Part shown: piece by piece, positions 53,007 to 62,281 of the stretch
Layout: each line of letters starts with the position of its first letter
Position numbering within the stretch: the stretch's first letter is position 1
From: Trypanosoma brucei
Taxonomy: Eukaryota
Reading direction: 5' to 3'
Length of the DNA: 64,000 nucleotides
Assembly: GCA_000002445.1 (NCBI GenBank)
Contig: CP000070.1
Location: forward strand, 2,080,001-2,144,000
The notes under the pieces: generated by a model
What the model was told of the DNA's origin: nothing
What the model saw: the letters and a program-made list of their open reading frames with translations, nothing else
The model's database searches: none
Program-made: the position numbers and the translations under genes

Positions 53007-54761
53007 CTACACTGCCCGCTTACAAGAGTAGAGTAGGTTTTTCAGTGCTTTCACATCCTTCTCGCTCTTGATGGCATTCATTTTCGACTGGTAATGCTGC
53101 AGAAACAGGTGGGTATGTTGTTTCAACATTTCTTCAAGCTCCCCGTGCAAGATTGGACTATTCAAAGTGAAGAAGCGGATCAGGTAGTTCAGCTCCTGTA
53201 CATACATGTAGAAGAACTTATTCTTCGCAGTACCGTACATGATTCCCAGATCCCTGTGGACAAGCAGGTACTCGTAGAACTTTACGTACTGAACCTTCAC
53301 GTCGTCCAAGTAACCATTCAGACACGCGTACAGAGACACAATTGCATTCATGAAATACGAGGGTTGTTTCTGGTTGAACAGCGCGACGAATCGGGCACCG
53401 CGGATCATGGGGATCGTTTGTACCTGCTGGCCGCCCACCGAGTCGGCGGCGAGCTTGCGGTACTCCGCAAGAATCCCCTTCAGCTTTCCGGCAACTCCTT
53501 TCATCGCCGCGTTCTGCGCGGAGGAGCCCACACGTGACACAGATAAACCGATGTTCACTGCAGGACGCTGGCCACCAGTAAACAGTTTCGTATCGAGGTA
53601 GATTTGACCGTCAGTAATGGAAATTACATTCGTCACAATATACGCAGTCACGTCGTTAGACAGCGTCTCCACAATGGGAAGCGCTGTCACGGAGCCACCA
53701 CCCTTTCCAGGGGAAAGCATAGCCGCGCGTTCCAGGAGCCGTGAATGCAGGTAGAAGACATCACCCGGATATGCCTCACGGCCCGGTGGACGACGAAGGA
53801 GCAGCGAAATCTGACGGTATGCGACAGCCTGTTTAGAGAGATCATCATACACGCAGAGACAGTGGCGACCACGGTTCATGAAGTACTCGCCCATCGTGAC
53901 GCCAGCGTACGGAGCCAGGTACTGGAGACCAGCAGGTTCTGCAGCCGTGGCAGCCATTACAGTTGTGTACCGCAGTGCACCGTATGACTGCAGAAGGCGA
54001 TGAATGCGCGCGACGTTCGAGCACCGTTGCCCAATCGAGACGTAAATGGAAATGACCGCATTCTTGGATAAAATCTGTTGGTTGATACGCACCTGGTTGA
54101 TAATGGTCGAGACAGCGATGGAGGTCTTGCCCGTCTGGCGGTCGCCCACAATTAATTCACGTTGACCACGGCCAATCGGAATCATGGTGTCGACAGCTTT
54201 GAAACCGGTTAACAGATTATAGTTCACAGGCGAGCGGGACACGATATTGGGTGCACCAGTGTCTACTTTACCCAACGTGCTGTCCAGCAGGCGGCGACTG
54301 CGGGTAACGAGCCCCACCGGAACCTCGTGGCCGAGTGGGTTCACGACCTTCCCCAGCACACCGGCTCCCACAGGAATGTGCAGTAGCTGACCTGTTGCCA
54401 TTACCTTCTGACCAGACTGCACTTCCGTTATATTGTCCATCAGAATGATACCGATACGGCCATCTTTCTCCAGGTTGAATACCAATCCAGCGGCAAATGT
54501 TGTGGGGCTCACCTGAATCTGAATGATGGTGTTGTACGCCACACCGGGATTCCCAGGCGCGGGGATTAGAGTGGCAATGGTGCCATCGATCGAGTGAACA
54601 TAGCCAATCATCTCAGTTGTTTTAAAGAATGACTTCTGAGCAGAAGATGTGCTGCTTGTGGTGCTGGCACCTGCCGGTGCCGTTGCTGCGCTCGCTAGGG
54701 GGCAGGCCAGGGCACAGCGTGACGCCAACCCGGAGGCAAACTTGGAACCAAAGCGACGCAT
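53007..54761 (-). CDS. ATP synthase F1 alpha subunit, mitochondrial precursor (tandem copy 1)
   Basis: Identical at nucleotide level to copy 2 from the ATG through ~72 nt past the stop. The ORF track extends it to 54854 via an upstream ATG lying in the pyrimidine tract; the conserved start is MRRFGSKF at 54761. Motifs: GDRQTGKT P-loop, ATP-synthase alpha/beta family signature. Confidence 0.85.
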   Translation of the reverse strand: MRRFGSKFASGLASRCALACPLASAATAPAGASTTSSTSSAQKSFFKTTEMIGYVHSIDGTIATLIPAPGNPGVAYNTIIQIQVSPTTFAAGLVFNLEKDGRIGIILMDNITEVQSGQKVMATGQLLHIPVGAGVLGKVVNPLGHEVPVGLVTRSRRLLDSTLGKVDTGAPNIVSRSPVNYNLLTGFKAVDTMIPIGRGQRELIVGDRQTGKTSIAVSTIINQVRINQQILSKNAVISIYVSIGQRCSNVARIHRLLQSYGALRYTTVMAATAAEPAGLQYLAPYAGVTMGEYFMNRGRHCLCVYDDLSKQAVAYRQISLLLRRPPGREAYPGDVFYLHSRLLERAAMLSPGKGGGSVTALPIVETLSNDVTAYIVTNVISITDGQIYLDTKLFTGGQRPAVNIGLSVSRVGSSAQNAAMKGVAGKLKGILAEYRKLAADSVGGQQVQTIPMIRGARFVALFNQKQPSYFMNAIVSLYACLNGYLDDVKVQYVKFYEYLLVHRDLGIMYGTAKNKFFYMYVQELNYLIRFFTLNSPILHGELEEMLKQHTHLFLQHYQSKMNAIKSEKDVKALKNLLYSCKRAV

Positions 54762-54769
54762 CTTCTCTT

Positions 54770-54805
54770 GAATCACTAGTGAGGGGGAAAAAAAAGCAAG
54801 CGTGC
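54770..54805 (-). promoter_or_regulatory. Polypyrimidine tract plus AG acceptors immediately upstream of ATPase-alpha copy 1 (very short 5'UTR)
   Basis: Minus strand reads gcttgcttttttttccccctcactagtgattcaagagaagATG. This is the start of the unique inter-copy spacer. Confidence 0.45.
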
Positions 54806-55096
54806 CACCAATAGCTTCATTAGTAAATAGAGTACCATAGCGTAGTGAAAACAAAACGACTCCGCATATTTGTTTACAGCCGCAACCACCAACGCCGCAC
54901 TAAAATAATGAACCGTCAACCTCTCAGTGACAACAAAAACACGCACACACGCACACAAACACACATAACCAAGTAAGAACAAAAAAACAAAATTCCCTAT
55001 ACCATCGCCACTTGTTCCTTTCGTTATACCTAAAAGTGAAAATAAAAGTGCTACCGGAGGCTAACCTCATTCACTAACAAAGACCTGCTAGCTAAA

Positions 55097-56851
55097 CTAC
55101 ACTGCCCGCTTACAAGAGTAGAGTAGGTTTTTCAGTGCTTTCACATCCTTCTCGCTCTTGATGGCATTCATTTTCGACTGGTAATGCTGCAGAAACAGGT
55201 GGGTATGTTGTTTCAACATTTCTTCAAGCTCCCCGTGCAAGATTGGACTATTCAAAGTGAAGAAGCGGATCAGGTAGTTCAGCTCCTGTACATACATGTA
55301 GAAGAACTTATTCTTCGCAGTACCGTACATGATTCCCAGATCCCTGTGGACAAGCAGGTACTCGTAGAACTTTACGTACTGAACCTTCACGTCGTCCAAG
55401 TAACCATTCAGACACGCGTACAGAGACACAATTGCATTCATGAAATACGAGGGTTGTTTCTGGTTGAACAGCGCGACGAATCGGGCACCGCGGATCATGG
55501 GGATCGTTTGTACCTGCTGGCCGCCCACCGAGTCGGCGGCGAGCTTGCGGTACTCCGCAAGAATCCCCTTCAGCTTTCCGGCAACTCCTTTCATCGCCGC
55601 GTTCTGCGCGGAGGAGCCCACACGTGACACAGATAAACCGATGTTCACTGCAGGACGCTGGCCACCAGTAAACAGTTTCGTATCGAGGTAGATTTGACCG
55701 TCAGTAATGGAAATTACATTCGTCACAATATACGCAGTCACGTCGTTAGACAGCGTCTCCACAATGGGAAGCGCTGTCACGGAGCCACCACCCTTTCCAG
55801 GGGAAAGCATAGCCGCGCGTTCCAGGAGCCGTGAATGCAGGTAGAAGACATCACCCGGATATGCCTCACGGCCCGGTGGACGACGAAGGAGCAGCGAAAT
55901 CTGACGGTATGCGACAGCCTGTTTAGAGAGATCATCATACACGCAGAGACAGTGGCGACCACGGTTCATGAAGTACTCGCCCATCGTGACGCCAGCGTAC
56001 GGAGCCAGGTACTGGAGACCAGCAGGTTCTGCAGCCGTGGCAGCCATTACAGTTGTGTACCGCAGTGCACCGTATGACTGCAGAAGGCGATGAATGCGCG
56101 CGACGTTCGAGCACCGTTGCCCAATCGAGACGTAAATGGAAATGACCGCATTCTTGGATAAAATCTGTTGGTTGATACGCACCTGGTTGATAATGGTCGA
56201 GACAGCGATGGAGGTCTTGCCCGTCTGGCGGTCGCCCACAATTAATTCACGTTGACCACGGCCAATCGGAATCATGGTGTCGACAGCTTTGAAACCGGTT
56301 AACAGATTATAGTTCACAGGCGAGCGGGACACGATATTGGGTGCACCAGTGTCTACTTTACCCAACGTGCTGTCCAGCAGGCGGCGACTGCGGGTAACGA
56401 GCCCCACCGGAACCTCGTGGCCGAGTGGGTTCACGACCTTCCCCAGCACACCGGCTCCCACAGGAATGTGCAGTAGCTGACCTGTTGCCATTACCTTCTG
56501 ACCAGACTGCACTTCCGTTATATTGTCCATCAGAATGATACCGATACGGCCATCTTTCTCCAGGTTGAATACCAATCCAGCGGCAAATGTTGTGGGGCTC
56601 ACCTGAATCTGAATGATGGTGTTGTACGCCACACCGGGATTCCCAGGCGCGGGGATTAGAGTGGCAATGGTGCCATCGATCGAGTGAACATAGCCAATCA
56701 TCTCAGTTGTTTTAAAGAATGACTTCTGAGCAGAAGATGTGCTGCTTGTGGTGCTGGCACCTGCCGGTGCCGTTGCTGCGCTCGCTAGGGGGCAGGCCAG
56801 GGCACAGCGTGACGCCAACCCGGAGGCAAACTTGGAACCAAAGCGACGCAT
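55097..56851 (-). CDS. ATP synthase F1 alpha subunit, mitochondrial precursor (tandem copy 2)
   Basis: 584 aa. Ser/Ala-rich presequence. GDRQTGKTSIAVSTIINQ P-loop, LLLRRPPGREAYPGDVFYLHSRLLERAA. Confidence 0.9.
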   Translation of the reverse strand: MRRFGSKFASGLASRCALACPLASAATAPAGASTTSSTSSAQKSFFKTTEMIGYVHSIDGTIATLIPAPGNPGVAYNTIIQIQVSPTTFAAGLVFNLEKDGRIGIILMDNITEVQSGQKVMATGQLLHIPVGAGVLGKVVNPLGHEVPVGLVTRSRRLLDSTLGKVDTGAPNIVSRSPVNYNLLTGFKAVDTMIPIGRGQRELIVGDRQTGKTSIAVSTIINQVRINQQILSKNAVISIYVSIGQRCSNVARIHRLLQSYGALRYTTVMAATAAEPAGLQYLAPYAGVTMGEYFMNRGRHCLCVYDDLSKQAVAYRQISLLLRRPPGREAYPGDVFYLHSRLLERAAMLSPGKGGGSVTALPIVETLSNDVTAYIVTNVISITDGQIYLDTKLFTGGQRPAVNIGLSVSRVGSSAQNAAMKGVAGKLKGILAEYRKLAADSVGGQQVQTIPMIRGARFVALFNQKQPSYFMNAIVSLYACLNGYLDDVKVQYVKFYEYLLVHRDLGIMYGTAKNKFFYMYVQELNYLIRFFTLNSPILHGELEEMLKQHTHLFLQHYQSKMNAIKSEKDVKALKNLLYSCKRAV

Positions 56852-59597
56852 ACTTTGTGCAGGTGGTGTTGCTTAGATGACTTGGGACCCTAGGAAAAGT
56901 GTTAGAAATGAAAATATTATTTTAAAAATGATTTTGGTAGACATATATCGGCAATACGAGGTGTGTGCATGCTGCCGTTGCAGTTGTAGGCCCATGTTCA
57001 TATGGGTTTGTATTTTAATACAGCGTGTACGATACGTCATACTTTTTTCTCTAACTTTCGGCTCCATTTTGTTCTGTAAATATGTTTTTCAATGCCTTGC
57101 ATCAATTTACACAAACCGTAAGCCTTTGTATTATTGCTTCCAAAACTTTTACCCCCACCACACAACAGGGCAGCAGTCACCACAAACGCTAAGAAATGCG
57201 TGTTCCCGTAATGTTTGGTCCATCAAGCATCAATTTACAAAACACCACGTCTGTGGTTTGGCTGCCAGTTTGCTTCAATTTCTTGAGCGAATGGAGAGCC
57301 GGGCTCCAGTGGAGGGAAAACGGAACGACGTCCCACTACGGTACACAGAAGAAATAGAAACAAACATTTCGTGATTGCACGGAGATAAAGAACGACGTCC
57401 TTTGTCTCCGTTGCAGCTAAGGAAAGCCGCCCCCCTCTTATGTACGACAGCTCACCGGAGAGCCTTCTCCAACGGTAAGGAAGGAGTGCCCTTTGATATG
57501 ACCAGTACTCACGCCAAACACTTGCACAGAGATCCTCACCCGAGCGGTAATGCTCTTCAACATGACGCTTTAACGGCTCATTCATGCGATCGATCCTCTT
57601 GCTCATGGATGTCGCGAGTGCGGTAAGTGGTCTTGTAAGAGCTTTTCGTGACATTATGCTGGTCGTGTGGTTATGCTGTTATGTGCGTGTTCCTTCTGTG
57701 TCACAGCGACACCAAAGGTTAGGTGAAGTACCTCGGAACGAATGTCGTAGTAGCAAATAGAATCAAGTAACCTTCAAGTCCCTGAAATTGTTCAGGATAG
57801 TAATACAACAACTATAACAAAAAAAGAAAGGAACAAATCCGTTTGCCAAGGGATGTCAACAGAACACCTCCAACGCCAGCAACAGTAAAGCAGATTGAAG
57901 GGGACTGGGAAGATGCTAAGGATCAATTGGAGATGAGGGGGAAGACCGGAGAGCCGCACGGGCGTAGTCCCTGCCCCGCATCTTAGAGAAACAAAACATG
58001 TGGCAACGCTTGCACATTGTTGATAGGTATGAGCATTGGCATCCCGGAAAGTCTCAAACATAAGATGATGAGAAAGGGGAGGAGTGAAAAGAAATTTGAA
58101 AAGTGCCTGTGTAGGCTCACATCTACACCAAGGTAAAGTGGCGGATCACGGTTCTTGAGACGGCCATCAACTCAGCACAACTTACGCGAATAGGCACGAG
58201 GGGGAAAGGCTTAAAAGAGAACATCCTCCTCCTCTCCCACCGCAAACCGAGGGAATTAATTACCACAAATGCGATTCCGCTCCCATCCCTACAGAGAACG
58301 AGTTTTCTCACCCCCGCTCGCGCGCACGCAGGCAAAATAAGCAAACAACTTCATGGTGTGCTGCCGCAAACCACCTGCCGTGATCACAATCATGCTTCGC
58401 CTCCGCCCCCCCCCCCCCCAACGGTGACATGTCCCTGTCAGAGCGACGAACAAACAAGTAAACGATACACTTGAAAATTATCCATAGGGAGTGGTATTGA
58501 CAATCCGGAAATTTGTCGACTGGTGCTACGCCGCGTCGCAAACTTGACAAACTGCTCTCATCCACACCTGCAGCTCATCGATCTGGTTTACGTGAATGCG
58601 GCTTTCCACAATACAAGTACAATGCCGGAAGGACTTTTCGTAGTAGCTGACAATGCGAAAAAGTTCGTGTGCAACCGAAAAGGGAGAGGACCGAGAGGGA
58701 CAAGTTCGAGAAAGGAAAAACCGACCTACGCCCAATCAATAACTTTCACGGCCAGAGGGACGGCGTCACCAGCACGCGGTCGTTACACATGTATAGAAAT
58801 GTTCCTTTGCGTCACTCATAATATGTCTGGACCATCAATAACAGTGGGACTGTATCCAATTACCCCCACAACAGGTACAATAGAATGAGTAGGTGCCACA
58901 AGCAGTGCTTAACAGTTAGAAGGTTTGTATTCATACCACTGAACAAGTGAATAGGCGCCCCGATGTTCACTTCCCCCCCGTGGTTCTCATGAGCCTTTCG
59001 CGGGAACGGAGAAGCGAATGCCAGGGACAACACCTCCTCCTCCTACGGAGGGAGAAAAAAGTTTGTACCGGAGCAGCACTGAGAACGAATACCCTTTGGA
59101 AAACTTGTCACCGCCCCTGCTGCTCAAAGGGCGCGTCATTTCTGATAGACCGAACGCAACAATACATGTAAATGTCTTCACATGGACTCTTCAACCTCGC
59201 CTTTATGTCCTATTTGTTGCAAGTGTGTCCCGCACATCGGGGTGTCATCTTCTGACGCCTGAAACCGAGGATGCCCACCACCTCAACCTACGTAAACCAG
59301 GGGAAGGACGGGCGTAGATGCAGCTAGCATTTCAGCTTCCTTTCCCCATGTAAGCATGTCATGCACTTCCGCCCCCTAATGTCGCCACCTTTTCTTCCAA
59401 CAAAATCACACATACATACACAGTGTTTGATGTGTTACCTTTCTAGAGATGCCACGGTGAGAGTGAAGGCGAGGAGGAGCAGGAACATAATTCAGTGCTG
59501 GACGAAAAGGGGGATGTCCACCAGACGCACCGCTCACTACGTGTAGTGTGTATGTACTTAAATACGCTTAAGTTACTTAATGTTAAATAGCGCGCCG

Positions 59598-61403
59598 TCA
59601 GTCCTGAGCTGCAAGAAGGAAGCGCCTCCACAGCTCATCGTCGTTGGGCCCGTCACCGGGTTCGGTAGAAATCGATGAGGGCTCGTGCAGATCCTTCTTA
59701 CGTAACCCCTTCTTCTTTGTGGGCTCCTGTCGCAACGCAAAGGTAGCAACTGTTGTATTAGGGTCTGGGGGTTTCCCGCTAAACTTGGGTTCAACTCGTT
59801 TCGTCGCATCGCCTTGCACTCCTTCTGCAGGCCGTTCCTCCTCATCCTCACTGCAGTATGGCTCATCTTTGTGATCCATCACACCATCAACTATGTTGAA
59901 TGAACTGTAATGTTCAATTACCTTCATATGCTTTGCCTCAGACAACCCCATTGTGTCGCGATAGTGCTTGTTTGATTCAAATGGGGGTGCACTAAACCAT
60001 GGGATGCGTCCACGTTGCCAGTCGTATAGAACCATGCGTGCTGCTGCCTCTGTATCCGGCTCTCCTCCCGTTACGAGTTTGCCACGAAGTTTCGCCAACT
60101 TCTCAAGAAAGTCGTTTACGTCCCGCCAACTCGAAATGCCGTACGTCGCAGCAATGTCTTTCGGTTTCACGATGTCGAGGACTGTATTCACCACATCTGT
60201 TTTATCAGCGTTCCCCAGGCGCTCCACTCGAACTACACCCTTAAGTACAGCTTGCACATCGTTGTTTGTCTCGCGGTCGTAAACCACCCCTGGGCAATCA
60301 ATCAAAAAGATATTCCTTGTTAGCGCAACGTACTGCCATACCTTTGTTTCCCCCGGAATTGGCGCAACCTTGCATACAGACTTGCGCCGCAGTGTATTGA
60401 TCAATGAACTCTTCCCAACGTTCGGGTACCCGATAATACCCACAGATATTGGTGTTTTAGTGCGACTGCTCCCCCGGTGGGTGACATTCTGCAGCTTTGA
60501 AAACTGCCGTAGAAGCGATATCACACTTCCTTTCCCAAAGGGATGGTTTACACTCGCATGGAAAGCGACCGTAGGATAGTCCTTACTCAGAACCTGAAGC
60601 CATCGGGCAGTGGCCCACAAAGGAATGAGGTCGCATTTGTTCAAAATGAAGACGAAGTGCTTATATTTCTTTTCTTTTCGCATGTAATCCTCGAGGTACG
60701 CACTGCGCGTTCCCAAAGGGTCGCGGGCATCCAAGACGTACAGCACGACGTCTGAGCTGTCAATGACCTTATAAAGTTCGTTCCAAATACGGTTTGATTG
60801 TCCCTTGCGCAAGAGACCTTGGTTCTTTGAACGATCGAGGCGCTCAGTCTCTGATTTTTTCACGAGATCACGATCCGTCCCTTTCTTGTGAGTAAGATAC
60901 TCAGTGTTTTTCGACTCTGCTTTCCTCGCAAAATCTTCCATATCAACAGTGTCTAACCGAATTCGCTTTCGATTAGATTTGTCACCGAAGGTCTTTTCCC
61001 ACTCCATTAGCTGCCTGACACTGCCTTCCTCCTTTTCGGTCATTGTGAGAAGACTGAGGGGAAGTTTCGATTGCTTAATGACAACACTGTACGGGTCTCT
61101 GTATTTAGCACCCATTTCTGTCCTAAACTTTTGCAGTGCCTCCTGCCCAATAACTCTTGTGTTGCCAAACCAGCGGCGATCAGGTGCAACACGCACCATC
61201 TGCTGTTCAACACGATCCGACGCCTTTAAAACGCTCCCCTTCACAATGTGACCCTTTTCATCACGAACAATCTTGGAAGTGTACATTTTCAATCGCTTGA
61301 TCGTCCGCTGGTCTCGCAAACTTGTTTTCGTGGGGTCCACACGGCGGTTAACATTCGTAGGTGCGAGGAGGCCTTTCCCGGCCTTTTTACCAGGCTTCCC
61401 CAT
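59598..61403 (-). CDS. Nucleolar GTPase NOG2/NGP1 (GNL2 family; circularly permuted GTPase)
   Basis: MGKPGKKAGKG N-terminus. Permuted motif order: G4 NKCDL, then G1 GYPNVGKSSLIN, then G3 DCPGVV. Confidence 0.85.
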   Translation of the reverse strand: MGKPGKKAGKGLLAPTNVNRRVDPTKTSLRDQRTIKRLKMYTSKIVRDEKGHIVKGSVLKASDRVEQQMVRVAPDRRWFGNTRVIGQEALQKFRTEMGAKYRDPYSVVIKQSKLPLSLLTMTEKEEGSVRQLMEWEKTFGDKSNRKRIRLDTVDMEDFARKAESKNTEYLTHKKGTDRDLVKKSETERLDRSKNQGLLRKGQSNRIWNELYKVIDSSDVVLYVLDARDPLGTRSAYLEDYMRKEKKYKHFVFILNKCDLIPLWATARWLQVLSKDYPTVAFHASVNHPFGKGSVISLLRQFSKLQNVTHRGSSRTKTPISVGIIGYPNVGKSSLINTLRRKSVCKVAPIPGETKVWQYVALTRNIFLIDCPGVVYDRETNNDVQAVLKGVVRVERLGNADKTDVVNTVLDIVKPKDIAATYGISSWRDVNDFLEKLAKLRGKLVTGGEPDTEAAARMVLYDWQRGRIPWFSAPPFESNKHYRDTMGLSEAKHMKVIEHYSSFNIVDGVMDHKDEPYCSEDEEERPAEGVQGDATKRVEPKFSGKPPDPNTTVATFALRQEPTKKKGLRKKDLHEPSSISTEPGDGPNDDELWRRFLLAAQD

Positions 61404-61702
61404 TATCTACTCTACCTTCTCTGACAACTCTTTTAAAAGAAGTAATGGGTGAGGGGACTTATTAGACACATCAACCAAACGCCTTTGTATCACTCCGCTG
61501 AGGGACAATGCAGTATATTTGTCGTGCGCTGCCCAACAACGCAGCACGAAGGCTCATGCACTTTCCCCACGTATTATTGCACCGTCTGTTTAAAATTGGG
61601 GGATGATAAAATGAAAAAGAACACAGAGCTATTAAAGGTGTGGAGTGAAGGACCCACTTTACTTTTCTTTTTTGCTTTCTCATCTCCCCTTTCCTTGTTC
61701 AT

Positions 61703-62281
61703 TTACCTCCTCACCGTTGGTTTGATAGCTTGGTCAAGCCACGTATATCGACATGCAGCTTCATCAAGATCACTTGGACCGATTTCTACGAAATCCTCGA
61801 GTCCCATTATCTTGTGCACAAGTTCTGTATCTTCCTCATTGCGAAGTTTGCAACTCAGACAAACACAAAGGAAATCGTGAAACCCCTTCATCTCATACTT
61901 TTCCGCCGCATTTATCGTTTGCAGATAATGCATGATGTTCAAGTCATTCATAAGGCGGGTAGTGAAAAATTCTCTCTCCCAGTCGTCCTTCAAAACATGC
62001 TGCACGTTACGATATATGCAGGGCCTAACTGTGCTGCTCACTGCAACCCCATCCATGCCGTACTTAAGTGTCCACTGGGCAAGGCTCTCGAGAACCGCTT
62101 CCGGATAATCAAATTCAATATCTTCCTCTTCGCTTGATTTCTCAATAAATTTTAGCCGGTTAAGGTGATCCTTTGATACCTCCGCGTACTTTCCGTCGCT
62201 ACAGTGCACAACCGCGTAAAGGGACCTGTCAACATTTGCGGTGTTGTAAACGACACGAATGCCGTGTGTGGAAAAAACCAT
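61703..62281 (-). CDS. Divergent Skp1-family protein (BTB/POZ-like N-domain plus Skp1 dimerisation region)
   Basis: CSDGKYAEV resembles Skp1 SSDGEIFEV. LESLAQW resembles ILKKVIQW. WEREF...NAAEKYEMKGFHDFLCVCLSCKL resembles WDQEF...[23 protein letters not shown]. Confidence 0.5.
   Translation of the reverse strand: MVFSTHGIRVVYNTANVDRSLYAVVHCSDGKYAEVSKDHLNRLKFIEKSSEEEDIEFDYPEAVLESLAQWTLKYGMDGVAVSSTVRPCIYRNVQHVLKDDWEREFFTTRLMNDLNIMHYLQTINAAEKYEMKGFHDFLCVCLSCKLRNEEDTELVHKIMGLEDFVEIGPSDLDEAACRYTWLDQAIKPTVRR

Larger units (their letters stand above)
52935..56852. repeat. Tandem direct duplication, 2090-bp period: two 1828-bp near-identical blocks (52935-54762 and 55025-56852) separated by a 262-bp unique spacer
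   Basis: Identity starts ~72 bp 3' of the stop (tatacctaaaagtgaaaataaaagtgctaccgg...) and ends exactly at the ATG. Confidence 0.9.

Noticed and set aside
54762-54854. 31-codon N-terminal extension of ATPase-alpha copy 1 (MFSLRYGTLFTNEAIGGTLAFFSPSLVIQEK)
   Set aside because: Copy 2 lacks it. Nucleotide identity between the copies starts exactly at the downstream ATG. The extension overlaps the pyrimidine tract and AG acceptors, so it is almost certainly an ORF-caller artefact.
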